Positions 22,017-31,577 of a stretch of 64,000 nucleotides of DNA are shown here, piece by piece. Position 1 is the first letter of the stretch. Each line of letters starts with the position of its first letter. The DNA lies in assembly GCA_965231905.1 (NCBI GenBank), contig CBDDOO010000001.1:869130-933129 (forward strand). The letters are read 5' to 3'. The notes under the pieces are model-generated. The model saw only the letters and a program-made list of their open reading frames with translations. It was not told where the DNA came from and did not search any database. The position numbers and the translations under genes are program-made. The stretch is from Arenicellales bacterium. Its GTDB lineage: Bacteria > Pseudomonadota > Gammaproteobacteria > Arenicellales > Poriferihabitantaceae.

Positions 22017-22931
22017 TCAGTATTCCATTTCCCGTTCTGCCCCCATTTCTCTCACTATAGCTTTATGAACCAGCGCCGAAAACCAGTCGATCCAGCCGCT
22101 GACATTATTTCCCTGATGCTCCTGGCCATACAGGTTTAATTCCCGGTAGTAGGATTGGCGCTGTATTTCAATGGCCTGGGACAGCTGCATATCGGGAAGA
22201 TTGGCCTTGAGCAGAATCCGCTCCGACAAGGCCCGACCGATACGGCCGTTGCCGTCGATGAATGGATGAATACGCTCAAACCACAGATGCGCGAGAGCCG
22301 ACTTGACCGGCGCCAGCAATACCGGATTGTCCAGTTCCTGATCAGGTAGCGCCGGGGCGCTGCCGGTGGGTAATTGGAAGGGGCGGTTGTACCACTCGAT
22401 AAAGGCGGCCATCAGGGGGCCGACCTGTTCCGGCGGTGGCGCTTCATACAGAATTCGCCGCCCGTCGCCGATCACTACGGCTCCGGATCGGTACTGGCCG
22501 ATTTGTCCCTGATATCGCTTGTCTCGTTCCAGATATCCCAGTAATTTTTGATGTAACCCGTGCAACCAGTCTCTGGTCAGTGGTTCATGGATATTCCCGC
22601 GGGACGCGATCAACATCTGCACAACCCCGGTAGTGCGTTCGTCGATATTCCGGTCCACAGGATGTCCGGTTTTCAGCAGGGAAGTCGTAACCGAATAAAG
22701 GTCGCCATAGGAAAGATGTTCGCCTTCGATTGCGCTGGTAGCGCGGGCTTCCCTGGCCAGGGAACTGATCGCCTCCTCACTCTGTAAACCCGTTTGGTCC
22801 GTGTGAATCGTATTTCCATTGCGCTCTTCCGCCAGCTTATAAATCTTCAATAACTGCCTGATGGTTGGTTCCGATACCACGTATTTCCATACCGGCCAGT
22901 CCGGTCTTTGCCAGATCCAGTTATTTTTCAT
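22017..22931 (-). CDS. Fic family protein with DUF4172-like N-terminus
   Basis: WIWQRPDWP, TSAIEGE, canonical HPFIDGNGRIGR; start set at MKNNWIW just after the Mrp operon. Confidence 0.9.
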   Translation of the reverse strand: MKNNWIWQRPDWPVWKYVVSEPTIRQLLKIYKLAEERNGNTIHTDQTGLQSEEAISSLAREARATSAIEGEHLSYGDLYSVTTSLLKTGHPVDRNIDERTTGVVQMLIASRGNIHEPLTRDWLHGLHQKLLGYLERDKRYQGQIGQYRSGAVVIGDGRRILYEAPPPEQVGPLMAAFIEWYNRPFQLPTGSAPALPDQELDNPVLLAPVKSALAHLWFERIHPFIDGNGRIGRALSERILLKANLPDMQLSQAIEIQRQSYYRELNLYGQEHQGNNVSGWIDWFSALVHKAIVREMGAEREMEY

Positions 22932-22936
22932 TTCAA

Positions 22937-24619
22937 TCAGGCAGAGATATAAAACAGTAATAATACGATCGCCAGCAGCGCCGCGGCAATCAGCACCATT
23001 CCCCGCACCGACCATGATACAAGCAGGTTGTAAGACTGTCTTCGCGCCACCGGCGTCAGCGCCACTGTCATACCCGCGATCGTCGTCATGAAGCCTTGAT
23101 TCAGGCGGCTGGCAAAAACAGTGACGCAGCCATAGAGTCCGGGCCAGAGTTTCCGGTAAAACCATTCACTGTCGAGATTGGTGGACTTCAGTTCGGGTGG
23201 ATACAGGCCCTTCAACTGTAGCCAGATAAAGGCCAGCGCCGAGAAAAACAGCAACTGGGTCTGCTCCACGACATGGGGAATATCGAACGGGACGTAATCC
23301 ACCGGAAACGGCAGATAGCTGTACAGCAACCAGGGATAGCAGCCAATAAAAATACACAGCAACGCGGCTATCGACATCGCGATCAGCATGTGTACGGGAG
23401 CTTCTTGCGGCCGTTTCCCGCAATCATGGGCGAAAAAGGCGAAGTAGGGTATTTTGATGCCGGCATGGTGAAAAACCCCGGCGGACGCGAACAGCATGGC
23501 CAGCCATACTATTTCATGATGCTCGATCAGCAACGCGGCCATCACCATGGATTTACTGACAAAACCACTGAACAGGGGGAACGCGGATATCGAGGCCGCG
23601 CCGACAATGCACAGTCCGGTGGTCTTGGGCATTGACCGCGCCAGACCGCCGAGTTCCGAGCCGCGCATTTCGCCGGTGCGAAACAGTACCGCCCCCATCG
23701 ACATCATCAGCAGGCCCTTGAAAATGACATCGTTGAAAGCGTGCGCCACCGCTCCGTTGACCGCCAGTTCAGTACCGATACCGATACCGCAAATCATGAA
23801 GCCGATCTGGTTGATCATGCTGTATCCGAGCACGCGCCGCAGATCGTTCTCGATCACTGCGAAGAAAATCGGGAAACAGGCCATGATGGCGCCGATATAG
23901 ATCAGTATGTCAAGCCCGGTGAATGAACGCGCCAGCGCATAGACGGCCACCTTGGTCGTGAACGCGCTCAAAAATACTGTGCCGGAGGCGGTCGCTTCCG
24001 GGTAGGCGTCGGTCAGCCAGTTGTGCAGGAATGGAAACGCGGCCTTGATGCCGAACGCCAGCAACAGCCATTTCGCGCCCAGATGGTCCAGGTCCAGCGA
24101 GCGTACCGAAATATCCCCGGTTTCGTGCAGCATCACCAACGCCCCGCTCAGCAGCAGCACCCCGGACACAACCTGGAAAACCAGATAGCGCAGGGCGGCC
24201 CTGATCGCGGCTGGCGTGCGTCTTGCGGTGATGAAGAAAACCGAGGTGATGGCGAGGCATTCCCAGAATATGAAAAAGGTCAGCCAGTCACCGGCGAATA
24301 CCACTCCGAGCGCGCTGCCCGGATAGAGCAGCGCCACCACCTGCTGAGGCCGGTCGTTGACATGCCAGGCATAAATAATGGCAATGATTGCGGCAATGTG
24401 GAACAGTACGCCGAAAATAAAACTCAGCCGGTCAACCTGGAACAGGACCAGTTGCAGGTTTGACCATTGCACGGTCCAGGACAGGGATTGATCCAGCAGG
24501 ACCAGATTGAACAGCCCGATAATCGGTGTCGCCAGCATGATGATCTTGCGCAAATTCCCGTGCACCGACAGGCTTAAGGCCGCGCCGATCAGGAAAATAA
24601 GAAAGGGAGCGTTGATCAT
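22937..24619 (-). CDS. Mrp antiporter subunit, MrpD/MrpA-like
   Basis: Proton_antipo_M motifs (FFIFWE, IKAAFP.LHNWL.DAYPEA, LGYS.INQIGFM). Confidence 0.9.
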   Translation of the reverse strand: MINAPFLIFLIGAALSLSVHGNLRKIIMLATPIIGLFNLVLLDQSLSWTVQWSNLQLVLFQVDRLSFIFGVLFHIAAIIAIIYAWHVNDRPQQVVALLYPGSALGVVFAGDWLTFFIFWECLAITSVFFITARRTPAAIRAALRYLVFQVVSGVLLLSGALVMLHETGDISVRSLDLDHLGAKWLLLAFGIKAAFPFLHNWLTDAYPEATASGTVFLSAFTTKVAVYALARSFTGLDILIYIGAIMACFPIFFAVIENDLRRVLGYSMINQIGFMICGIGIGTELAVNGAVAHAFNDVIFKGLLMMSMGAVLFRTGEMRGSELGGLARSMPKTTGLCIVGAASISAFPLFSGFVSKSMVMAALLIEHHEIVWLAMLFASAGVFHHAGIKIPYFAFFAHDCGKRPQEAPVHMLIAMSIAALLCIFIGCYPWLLYSYLPFPVDYVPFDIPHVVEQTQLLFFSALAFIWLQLKGLYPPELKSTNLDSEWFYRKLWPGLYGCVTVFASRLNQGFMTTIAGMTVALTPVARRQSYNLLVSWSVRGMVLIAAALLAIVLLLFYISA

Positions 24620-24909
24620 TTCGATTCCGTCCCCGGCTCCGTCCCCGACTTGCGATCGTAGTACTGTTCATCGCGCATCAGCGGTTTCCTCATCCAGCTT
24701 GCGACCAGTACCAGTATGACACAGGCGACGAAGCCGAACAGACAGGTGAATCCGAAGAAGGTCCACCAGTGGTCACCATGTTTCGCCACAATCAGGTCCA
24801 GCAAAACCAGCAACCCGCACAATCCGAAAAACCCGGTCAGGCCCTTGCGTACCGGCGCCGGCAATTGTCTGAACCGTTCAGCCATATTGTCTGTTTCCCG
24901 ACCCGTCAT
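24616..24909 (-). CDS. Small 2-TM Mrp-associated protein
   Basis: Two hydrophobic segments and a LMRDEQYYD tail; overlaps both neighbours. Confidence 0.75.
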   Translation of the reverse strand: MTGRETDNMAERFRQLPAPVRKGLTGFFGLCGLLVLLDLIVAKHGDHWWTFFGFTCLFGFVACVILVLVASWMRKPLMRDEQYYDRKSGTEPGTESK

Positions 24910-26351
24910 GCCGCAACCTGTTGAACGAATGCCGCGAGATCATCGGCAATGAAGAACAACGCGACGCTGATTGACGCGGTCGCGACAAGCGGGATAATCA
25001 GCGCGCGCCGGGTTTCCAGGCTCTGCCCCGGATTCTCGCCTTTCAGGAAAAACGCTCTGAATGGGATGGCGGTCAGGTAATACACATTCAACAATGAACT
25101 GATCATCAATACCGCCAGCAAGGCGACCTGCCCTTGTTCCAGGGCGCCCAGAGCCAGATACCATTTGCTCCACAAGCCGCCTGCCGGAGGCAGTCCGGCC
25201 ACTGACAGCGATGCCATAAAAAACGCGGCGAATGTCCACGGCATGACCCGCCCCATCCCGTCGAGTTGCGAGACTCTGGTCTTGCCGGAAAGCACGATGA
25301 TGGCGCCGGCGCAGAAGAACAGGGTGATCTTGCCGAATGCGTGCAGGGTGATATGCAATCCGCTGCCCGTCATGGCCATCTGGTTGGCCATCAACGCTCC
25401 CAGCGCGATATAGGATAATTGACTGACGGTTGAATACGCAAGGCGGGCCTTCAGGTCATCCTGGCGCATGGCGATGGCCGAAGCCAGCAGTATGGTCACC
25501 GCGGGAATCCAGAGAATCAGATCATGGAACGGCAGCGATTGCAGCGTATCGAAGCCGAAAATGTAGACGCTGATCTTGAGGATGGAAAACACGCCGGCCT
25601 TGACGACCGCCACGGCATGCAGCAAGGCGCTGACCGGAGCCGGAGCGACCATGGCGCTGGGCAGCCAGCGATGGAAGGGCATGACCGCGGCCTTGCCGAT
25701 ACCGAACAGAAACAGGAATACCAGAACGCCGACCAGAGACGGCGGCGCCGCGGACAATACTCCCCCGGACACGAACGAAATCCCCTCGCCGTAATTGCCC
25801 ACCAGTACAATCGCGAGCAGAAACAGCAACAGCGAAGTGGTCAACAACACGCCCAGATAAACCCGGCCCGCGGAGATCGCAGCCGGGGTACGGCTGTGAG
25901 TGACCAGGGGCCAGGTGGAAAAAGTCAGTATCTCGTAGAACAGGAACAGGGTAAAAAGATTCTCCGCGAAGGCGATCCCCATGACACTGCTGATGGCGAC
26001 ACAAAACAGGGCATGGAAACGGGTCTGGTGATCATAGTTTCCCGCTTTCAGATAACTGATGGCATAGACTGAGGTGAGCGGCCACAACAGACCGGCGGTG
26101 AGCGCGAAGATCAGCCCCAGCGGTTCGACATGAAAAGCGATACGCAGGCCGGGCAGTATCCGGAACAGAACCTGCGCCTGATGATATTGATCACGATATA
26201 CAAACAGGATAACCAGCAGGGCCAGGGTGACCAGTCCGGTTACAATCAGCGCGGCGTCCCGGGTCGCGGGCGCCTTCCTGACAGCGACTACCGCACAGGC
26301 GCCGAGCAATGGCGACAGGACGCACAGGCCGGGCAGTATGCCTTCCAACAT
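24906..26351 (-). CDS. mrpD: Mrp antiporter subunit D-like
   Basis: LFLFYE, GKAAVMPFHRWLPSAMVAPAPVSALLHAVAVVK, LAYSTVSQL; start MLEG via a TAATG overlap. Confidence 0.88.
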   Translation of the reverse strand: MLEGILPGLCVLSPLLGACAVVAVRKAPATRDAALIVTGLVTLALLVILFVYRDQYHQAQVLFRILPGLRIAFHVEPLGLIFALTAGLLWPLTSVYAISYLKAGNYDHQTRFHALFCVAISSVMGIAFAENLFTLFLFYEILTFSTWPLVTHSRTPAAISAGRVYLGVLLTTSLLLFLLAIVLVGNYGEGISFVSGGVLSAAPPSLVGVLVFLFLFGIGKAAVMPFHRWLPSAMVAPAPVSALLHAVAVVKAGVFSILKISVYIFGFDTLQSLPFHDLILWIPAVTILLASAIAMRQDDLKARLAYSTVSQLSYIALGALMANQMAMTGSGLHITLHAFGKITLFFCAGAIIVLSGKTRVSQLDGMGRVMPWTFAAFFMASLSVAGLPPAGGLWSKWYLALGALEQGQVALLAVLMISSLLNVYYLTAIPFRAFFLKGENPGQSLETRRALIIPLVATASISVALFFIADDLAAFVQQVAA

Positions 26352-27880
26352 TATCGGATCACTCCGACGCCGGAGCCAACCAGACTGTGCGCGGCCAGCT
26401 CCGCGACCCCGGTCAGCCAGGTCGCATTCAGTCCGAACCAGGCTGCGATAGCGGTCATGAGAACCAGTGGAAACCACTCGACGAAATGGATTGCGGACGG
26501 TTGCGTTTCAAGCTCCGGGCGCCCCGGTTTTGCCCACAGTGTTTCCACGATCCTCCAGATATAGGCGGCGCTGGCCAGTGAACCGGCCAATACCGGAATC
26601 GTCAGCCACCACGCCCCGCTGTCGATTACCGCAGTCACCAGTACCCATTTGCTGACAAAGCCTGTCGTGCCGGGGAGACCGATCAGGCTGAGGCCGCCGA
26701 ACAACAGGATATAGCAGGCAAAACGATGATGATGGGCGGCGCTGCCGAGATGCTTGATCCGGTCCGTGCCGGTCCTGGCGATCAGAATCCCGACCGCCAT
26801 GAAGATCATGGCTTTGATGATCGAATGATTGAACAGGTGCAACAGCGCCGCGGCGGCCCCTGCCGTTGTGCCGAGACCAATCGCGATCACAATATAGGAT
26901 ATCTGCGCCACACTGGACCAGGCAAACATCCGCTTGAGACTGGATTCGCGCAGTGCAATCAAGGGCGCCAGGAGCAGGCCTGCGATGCCGCAGACGATCA
27001 GGATCCAGTCCAGCGGCATGGCCAGGATGCTGAAATCGGCGCTGAACAGATCATGCAGGAAACGGAGCAGTACATACAGCGCAACCTTGGTCGCCGTCCC
27101 GGATAATAAAACCGTGACCGAATCCGGGGCGTAGTTGTAGGCGTTCGGCAACCAGTCATGTAATGGAAACATGGCGCACTTGATGCCAATGCCGATGACA
27201 AAAAACGACAGCGCCATGATGATGGTTCGATCCGCTCCCCGGTCGGCAATGCGGTCAGCCAGATCGGAAATATTCAAGGTTCCTGTCTGCATATACAAAA
27301 GCCCGATCGAAAGCAGTACGAATGTCGCGCCGACGGCGCCCATGATCAGGTAGCGGTATGCCGCGAGCAATGCCCTGTGGTCCCGACCGCAGCTGATCAG
27401 CACATAAGTTGCCAGCGAACTGATTTCGAGAAATACGAACAGGTTGAAGGCATCGTTGGTGACCACCATGCCGTTCAATCCGGCAATACACAGTAGCCAG
27501 GCCGCGAAAAATGCGGGGCGGTCAGTTTCATCGGAAGCGTCATGGGAAGCGCTATGGGAAGCGCCATGGCTCCCGGAGAGACAAAAAACCGCGGCCAGCA
27601 GGTGCACCAGGTTGATCGTCAAAAGCACGAATGCAGCGACATGATCGACCACATATTCGATGCCCCAGGGCGCTGCCCAACCGCCCAGTTCATAGATGTA
27701 GCGGCGGCCATCCAGCGCTCCGGCCATCAGCGTCACACTGATCCCGAACATTACGATGGCGGCAGTCAGCATGAAACCGCGAGCCACCGTCCGGTTGCCA
27801 ATCAATATACAAAACGGCGCCAGCAGCATCGGCACAATTACCTGCAACACCGGTAAATGACTGGCGGAGATCAAACTCAC
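26351..27880 (-). CDS. mrpD: Mrp antiporter subunit D
   Basis: GGW.APWGI, DAFNLFVFLEISSL, KCAMFPLHDWLPNAY, HLFNHSIIKA. Confidence 0.92.
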   Translation of the reverse strand: MSLISASHLPVLQVIVPMLLAPFCILIGNRTVARGFMLTAAIVMFGISVTLMAGALDGRRYIYELGGWAAPWGIEYVVDHVAAFVLLTINLVHLLAAVFCLSGSHGASHSASHDASDETDRPAFFAAWLLCIAGLNGMVVTNDAFNLFVFLEISSLATYVLISCGRDHRALLAAYRYLIMGAVGATFVLLSIGLLYMQTGTLNISDLADRIADRGADRTIIMALSFFVIGIGIKCAMFPLHDWLPNAYNYAPDSVTVLLSGTATKVALYVLLRFLHDLFSADFSILAMPLDWILIVCGIAGLLLAPLIALRESSLKRMFAWSSVAQISYIVIAIGLGTTAGAAAALLHLFNHSIIKAMIFMAVGILIARTGTDRIKHLGSAAHHHRFACYILLFGGLSLIGLPGTTGFVSKWVLVTAVIDSGAWWLTIPVLAGSLASAAYIWRIVETLWAKPGRPELETQPSAIHFVEWFPLVLMTAIAAWFGLNATWLTGVAELAAHSLVGSGVGVIR

Positions 27881-28269
27881 GGGATCATTTCCGGTTCCAC
27901 ATCCGGGTTGTGCTGGATTTCATTCTCATCGACAGCGCCGTAAACGCGGCGAATCCGCACCACCAGCGCCAGTCCGAGCGCCGTGGTCGCCACGCCGACG
28001 ACAATGGCCGTCAGAATCAACACATGGGGCAGGGGGTTGCTGTAGATTTCAATCGCCGGATCCAGAATCGGAGGGTGGCCGCCCGATACTTTGCCCACGG
28101 TGATAAACAACAGGAACACCGCGGATTGAAACAGGTTCAATCCGATCAGTTTCTTGATCATGTTATGGCTGTCGATGACGATGACCAGGCCCAGCACAAA
28201 CAGGGCAACGGCGACCCAGTAGTTGAACAGTCCCGGTATCAGATGAGATAGATCCGCGTCCATTGTCAA
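27877..28269 (-). CDS. mrpC: Mrp antiporter subunit C
   Basis: N.IKKLIGL, NPLPHVLILTAIVVG. Confidence 0.92.
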   Translation of the reverse strand: MTMDADLSHLIPGLFNYWVAVALFVLGLVIVIDSHNMIKKLIGLNLFQSAVFLLFITVGKVSGGHPPILDPAIEIYSNPLPHVLILTAIVVGVATTALGLALVVRIRRVYGAVDENEIQHNPDVEPEMIP

Positions 28270-29258
28270 TCCTGGCTCCGGGCAAAACAGATGAAAAGGG
28301 AGATCATAGTGAACGCGACGGTAATTCCGACACCGAGTTCAATCAGCAGGATGCCGATATGCTGTCCGGCCACCGGGGTCCCGGCCAGAGTGGAATAATC
28401 CAGGAAGTTTCCGCCACGCCACATCGCCGCCACTCCGATGCCGGCATACAGCAGCGCGCCGCCCGCCATCCCGATGGCGACCCATCGTTCGCTCACAATC
28501 GCCAGCAACCTTGCCGAGCCGCATAACAGGCCGTAGGTAATCACCCCGGCGCCCAATATTACGCCCGCCTGGAATCCGCCGCCGGGGCTATAGTCGCCAT
28601 GAAACTGTACATACAGGGCAAACAGCAAAACCAGCGGAATGACGCGGAGCAGAGCCGCTTTCAGGATCGGGTTGGTCGCGAGCCAGGTCTGGCGTTGTCG
28701 GTTTTCGCGCTCTTCGTCTGCATCCGTATTCCCGGCGGGAAGCAGCAACAGCACCGCCAGACCGGCCGTGAAAATAACGACCACTTCGCCGAGGGTATCG
28801 TAGCCGCGGTAACTGGCGAGCACCGACGTCACGGCATTGGGGATCCCGGTCTCCATACCGGACTGCCCGATAAATCGTGGGGCGAGGTGCAAATGAACCG
28901 GCGCCAGCGGATTGCCATACATCGGCATATCCAGTGTTCCGATGATCAACAGCGCCCCCAGACCCAACCCGGTCACAATCGAAATCGCGGAGGGCCAGCG
29001 GGGGGTATGCAGGGACTCATCCTGGCGCCGGATCACGGCCAGCATCAGAACGGTGGAAATTCCGGCGCCGACCGCGGCTTCTGTAAAGGCGACATCCACC
29101 GCGTCCAGAATCACGAAAAGAGCGCAGATGACCAGACTGTAGGCGGCGGATAATAAAATAATCGCGAACAGGCTTCCGCTTCGCAAAATCAACAGGGCGC
29201 AGGCCAGCAACAGGCCGAGCAGACCGATGTCCATCCCGATGTTGATCATGTCAGTCAT
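28266..29258 (-). CDS. mrpB: DUF4040-MrpB fusion (Mrp subunit B)
   Basis: DVAFTEAAVGAG, YRGYDTLGE, HGDYSPGGGFQAG. Confidence 0.9.
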   Translation of the reverse strand: MTDMINIGMDIGLLGLLLACALLILRSGSLFAIILLSAAYSLVICALFVILDAVDVAFTEAAVGAGISTVLMLAVIRRQDESLHTPRWPSAISIVTGLGLGALLIIGTLDMPMYGNPLAPVHLHLAPRFIGQSGMETGIPNAVTSVLASYRGYDTLGEVVVIFTAGLAVLLLLPAGNTDADEERENRQRQTWLATNPILKAALLRVIPLVLLFALYVQFHGDYSPGGGFQAGVILGAGVITYGLLCGSARLLAIVSERWVAIGMAGGALLYAGIGVAAMWRGGNFLDYSTLAGTPVAGQHIGILLIELGVGITVAFTMISLFICFARSQD

Positions 29259-29271
29259 GTAATTATTCTGG

Positions 29272-29574
29272 TCAGGACGGCTTGTCGGTGAAGGGTCGCA
29301 GGCCGGATTTCAGGGCGGTTCGCGCCAGTCCGTGGGAGTTCACGGGGGACAGGAAAAATAACAGGACGATCAACAGGAGGACCTTGAACGCGACGATCAC
29401 TGAAGTGGATAGAACCAGAAGACCCAGCAGCACAAGCCATGCCCCCAGAGTGTCGATTACACCGGCGGCGTGAAGGCGGCTGAAACAATCGGGTAACCGC
29501 AACAGACCCAGGCCGCCAATCAGTACGACCACTGCACCCAGGATTAAAAGCGCTCCTCCCAGCAGATCAATCAT
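29272..29574 (-). CDS. mrpG: Mrp antiporter subunit G
   Basis: GLLRLPD.FSRLHAAG..DTLG, P..SH.LAR. Confidence 0.92.
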   Translation of the reverse strand: MIDLLGGALLILGAVVVLIGGLGLLRLPDCFSRLHAAGVIDTLGAWLVLLGLLVLSTSVIVAFKVLLLIVLLFFLSPVNSHGLARTALKSGLRPFTDKPS

Positions 29575-29854
29575 TTGCCGTTTCCGGGGGGGTTGCGGTC
29601 ATCCGGCGATTGAGGCAGTGGATCAACGCCAGTGTTCCGACATAGTTGATCAACCCGTAAAGCAATGCAATATCAATATATTGCGGATGACCGACCGCAA
29701 ACAGATAAACAGAAATCGTCAGGATAATCTTGGTGGTAAAGGCGTTTACTGAAATGGCCCGGTCAAACCAGGTGGGCCCCAGGCCGGTCCGGATCAATGA
29801 GCACAACATCGCCGCAAAGAGCGCCAGCAGAACAATCAAGTACAATCTTTCCAT
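29567..29854 (-). CDS. mrpF: Mrp antiporter subunit F
   Basis: GPT.FDR, YIDIALLY.LIN. Confidence 0.9.
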   Translation of the reverse strand: MERLYLIVLLALFAAMLCSLIRTGLGPTWFDRAISVNAFTTKIILTISVYLFAVGHPQYIDIALLYGLINYVGTLALIHCLNRRMTATPPETAND

Positions 29855-29864
29855 TTACTGAGTT

Positions 29865-30341
29865 CTAATCGGAAACCAGTTTTCGCACCCGGTCCAGCAT
29901 CCGATGATCGGCAAAACTGTTGTCGGCGTCCTCAAAAAGCCCGTGAACCTGGATTTTACCTTCGGTTACATCCGTACTGACCGTGCCCGGCGTCAGGGTG
30001 ATCGAGTTGGCGTAGATGACCTGGCCGAGTTCATTCAGGTCCGATGTTTCCACTTCGAATATTTCCGGGGAAATATTCCGGCCGCTGACAATGGCCCGGA
30101 CCACTACGAAATTGGACTTGGCGATCTCGATCAACAACCATCCGGTGTATCGGAGCAGTGGCAACGGAGCCAGTGAAATACCCGTTAAGCCGGTTTCTGT
30201 CCGGACGCGATGATAAACCGCCTGGCAAAGTACACAGGACAGTAACCCAAGCCCGACCAACAAGCCGGAAGTGTGGCCAGAGAGCAGAAACCACGTTGCC
30301 AACAGGCCCACAAACAGAATAATGTGATGGCGAAAGCTCAT
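29865..30341 (-). CDS. mrpE: Mrp antiporter subunit E
   Basis: W..LSG, EI.KSN, YANSITLTPGT, VH. Confidence 0.92.
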   Translation of the reverse strand: MSFRHHIILFVGLLATWFLLSGHTSGLLVGLGLLSCVLCQAVYHRVRTETGLTGISLAPLPLLRYTGWLLIEIAKSNFVVVRAIVSGRNISPEIFEVETSDLNELGQVIYANSITLTPGTVSTDVTEGKIQVHGLFEDADNSFADHRMLDRVRKLVSD

Positions 30342-30527
30342 TTCATAAGCAAAATGTTCGATATTTCGTCAGGCCGTACAGAGCCGGGCTGAATATAATA
30401 TGGGCAGGAGTGTTCAATGAATGGTGTTAAAATCCGATAATGTATACGGAATCTGCCTGAATCATGAAATTAAATCAATCATGACGAATCACACACATCA
30501 GGATTGGCCCTACCCCAGGTGACGAAA

Positions 30528-31550
30528 ATGACCCAACCCGTAATAGATTTACGCAGTGATACTGTTACCCGGCCCTGTGCCGCCATGAGAGAGGCGATGT
30601 CAAGGGCGCAAGTCGGAGATGACGTCTATGGCGAAGACCCGACCACCATTGCGTTACAGGAGCGCGTGGCTGAAATAACCGGGCAGGAATCGGCGCTGTT
30701 CTTTCCTTCGGGAACCCAGAGCAATCTGGTCGCGTTACTGAGCCACTGCCAGCGAGGCGATGAATATATTGTCGGTCAGACCGCGCATACCTATAAATAC
30801 GAAGGAGGAGGCGCCGCCGCCCTGGGTGGAATCCAGCCGCAACCGCTGGAAAGAACCTCCGCGGGGATCATCGACCTTGATCGCATCGAAGACGCGGTCA
30901 AGGCCGACGATATTCACTTTGCCAAAACCCGGTTGCTGGCGCTGGAAAACACCACTACCACCGGAGTCGCTGTTCCGCTCGACTATTTCAGGCAGGCCCG
31001 GCGGTTATGCGACCGCAAAAACATCGCCATGCATCTGGATGGCGCCCGGGTTTTCAACGCGGCTGCCGCCCTGGGCGTCGAGATTGAAGAAATCACTTCC
31101 CGGTTCGATACGGTTTCAGTCTGTCTGTCCAAGGGGTTGGGCGCTCCGGTGGGTTCGGCGCTGGCCGGCCCTGCCGGATTCATTGAAATCGCCCGGCGCT
31201 GGCGCAAGACGGTCGGCGGCGGCATGAGGCAATCCGGAATACTGGCCGCCGCGGGATTGTTCGCGCTTGAAAACAATGTGGAGCGGTTGGCTGAAGACCA
31301 TCGACTCGCCCATCATTTGCATGGGCGACTGGATCAGATTGACGGTATTGAATTAACCACCGAACAGGCCAATACCAACATGGTTTTCTTTAATCTGAAA
31401 GATGGAAATTATGATGGCTTTTATGAATTTGCAAGACAGCGAAATGTGCTGTTTGGTGATCGTCACCCGGTCAGAATGGTCACCCACAAGGACCTTTCGA
31501 GGGAACTCGTGGATACCGCGATATCGCGCTTGTCGGGATTTTTCTCCTGA
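30528..31550 (+). CDS. ltaE: Low-specificity L-threonine aldolase
   Basis: IDLRSDTVTRP, GDDVYGEDPT, HLDGAR, CLSKGLGAPVGS, GGGMRQ.G. Confidence 0.95.
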   Translation: MTQPVIDLRSDTVTRPCAAMREAMSRAQVGDDVYGEDPTTIALQERVAEITGQESALFFPSGTQSNLVALLSHCQRGDEYIVGQTAHTYKYEGGGAAALGGIQPQPLERTSAGIIDLDRIEDAVKADDIHFAKTRLLALENTTTTGVAVPLDYFRQARRLCDRKNIAMHLDGARVFNAAAALGVEIEEITSRFDTVSVCLSKGLGAPVGSALAGPAGFIEIARRWRKTVGGGMRQSGILAAAGLFALENNVERLAEDHRLAHHLHGRLDQIDGIELTTEQANTNMVFFNLKDGNYDGFYEFARQRNVLFGDRHPVRMVTHKDLSRELVDTAISRLSGFFS

Positions 31551-31577
31551 TCTTCATATTAGCAAGTGCATAGTAAC

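Noticed and set aside
30430-30457. dif-like GATAATGTATA
   Set aside because: No XerD arm; lies in the divergent mrp/ltaE promoter region.
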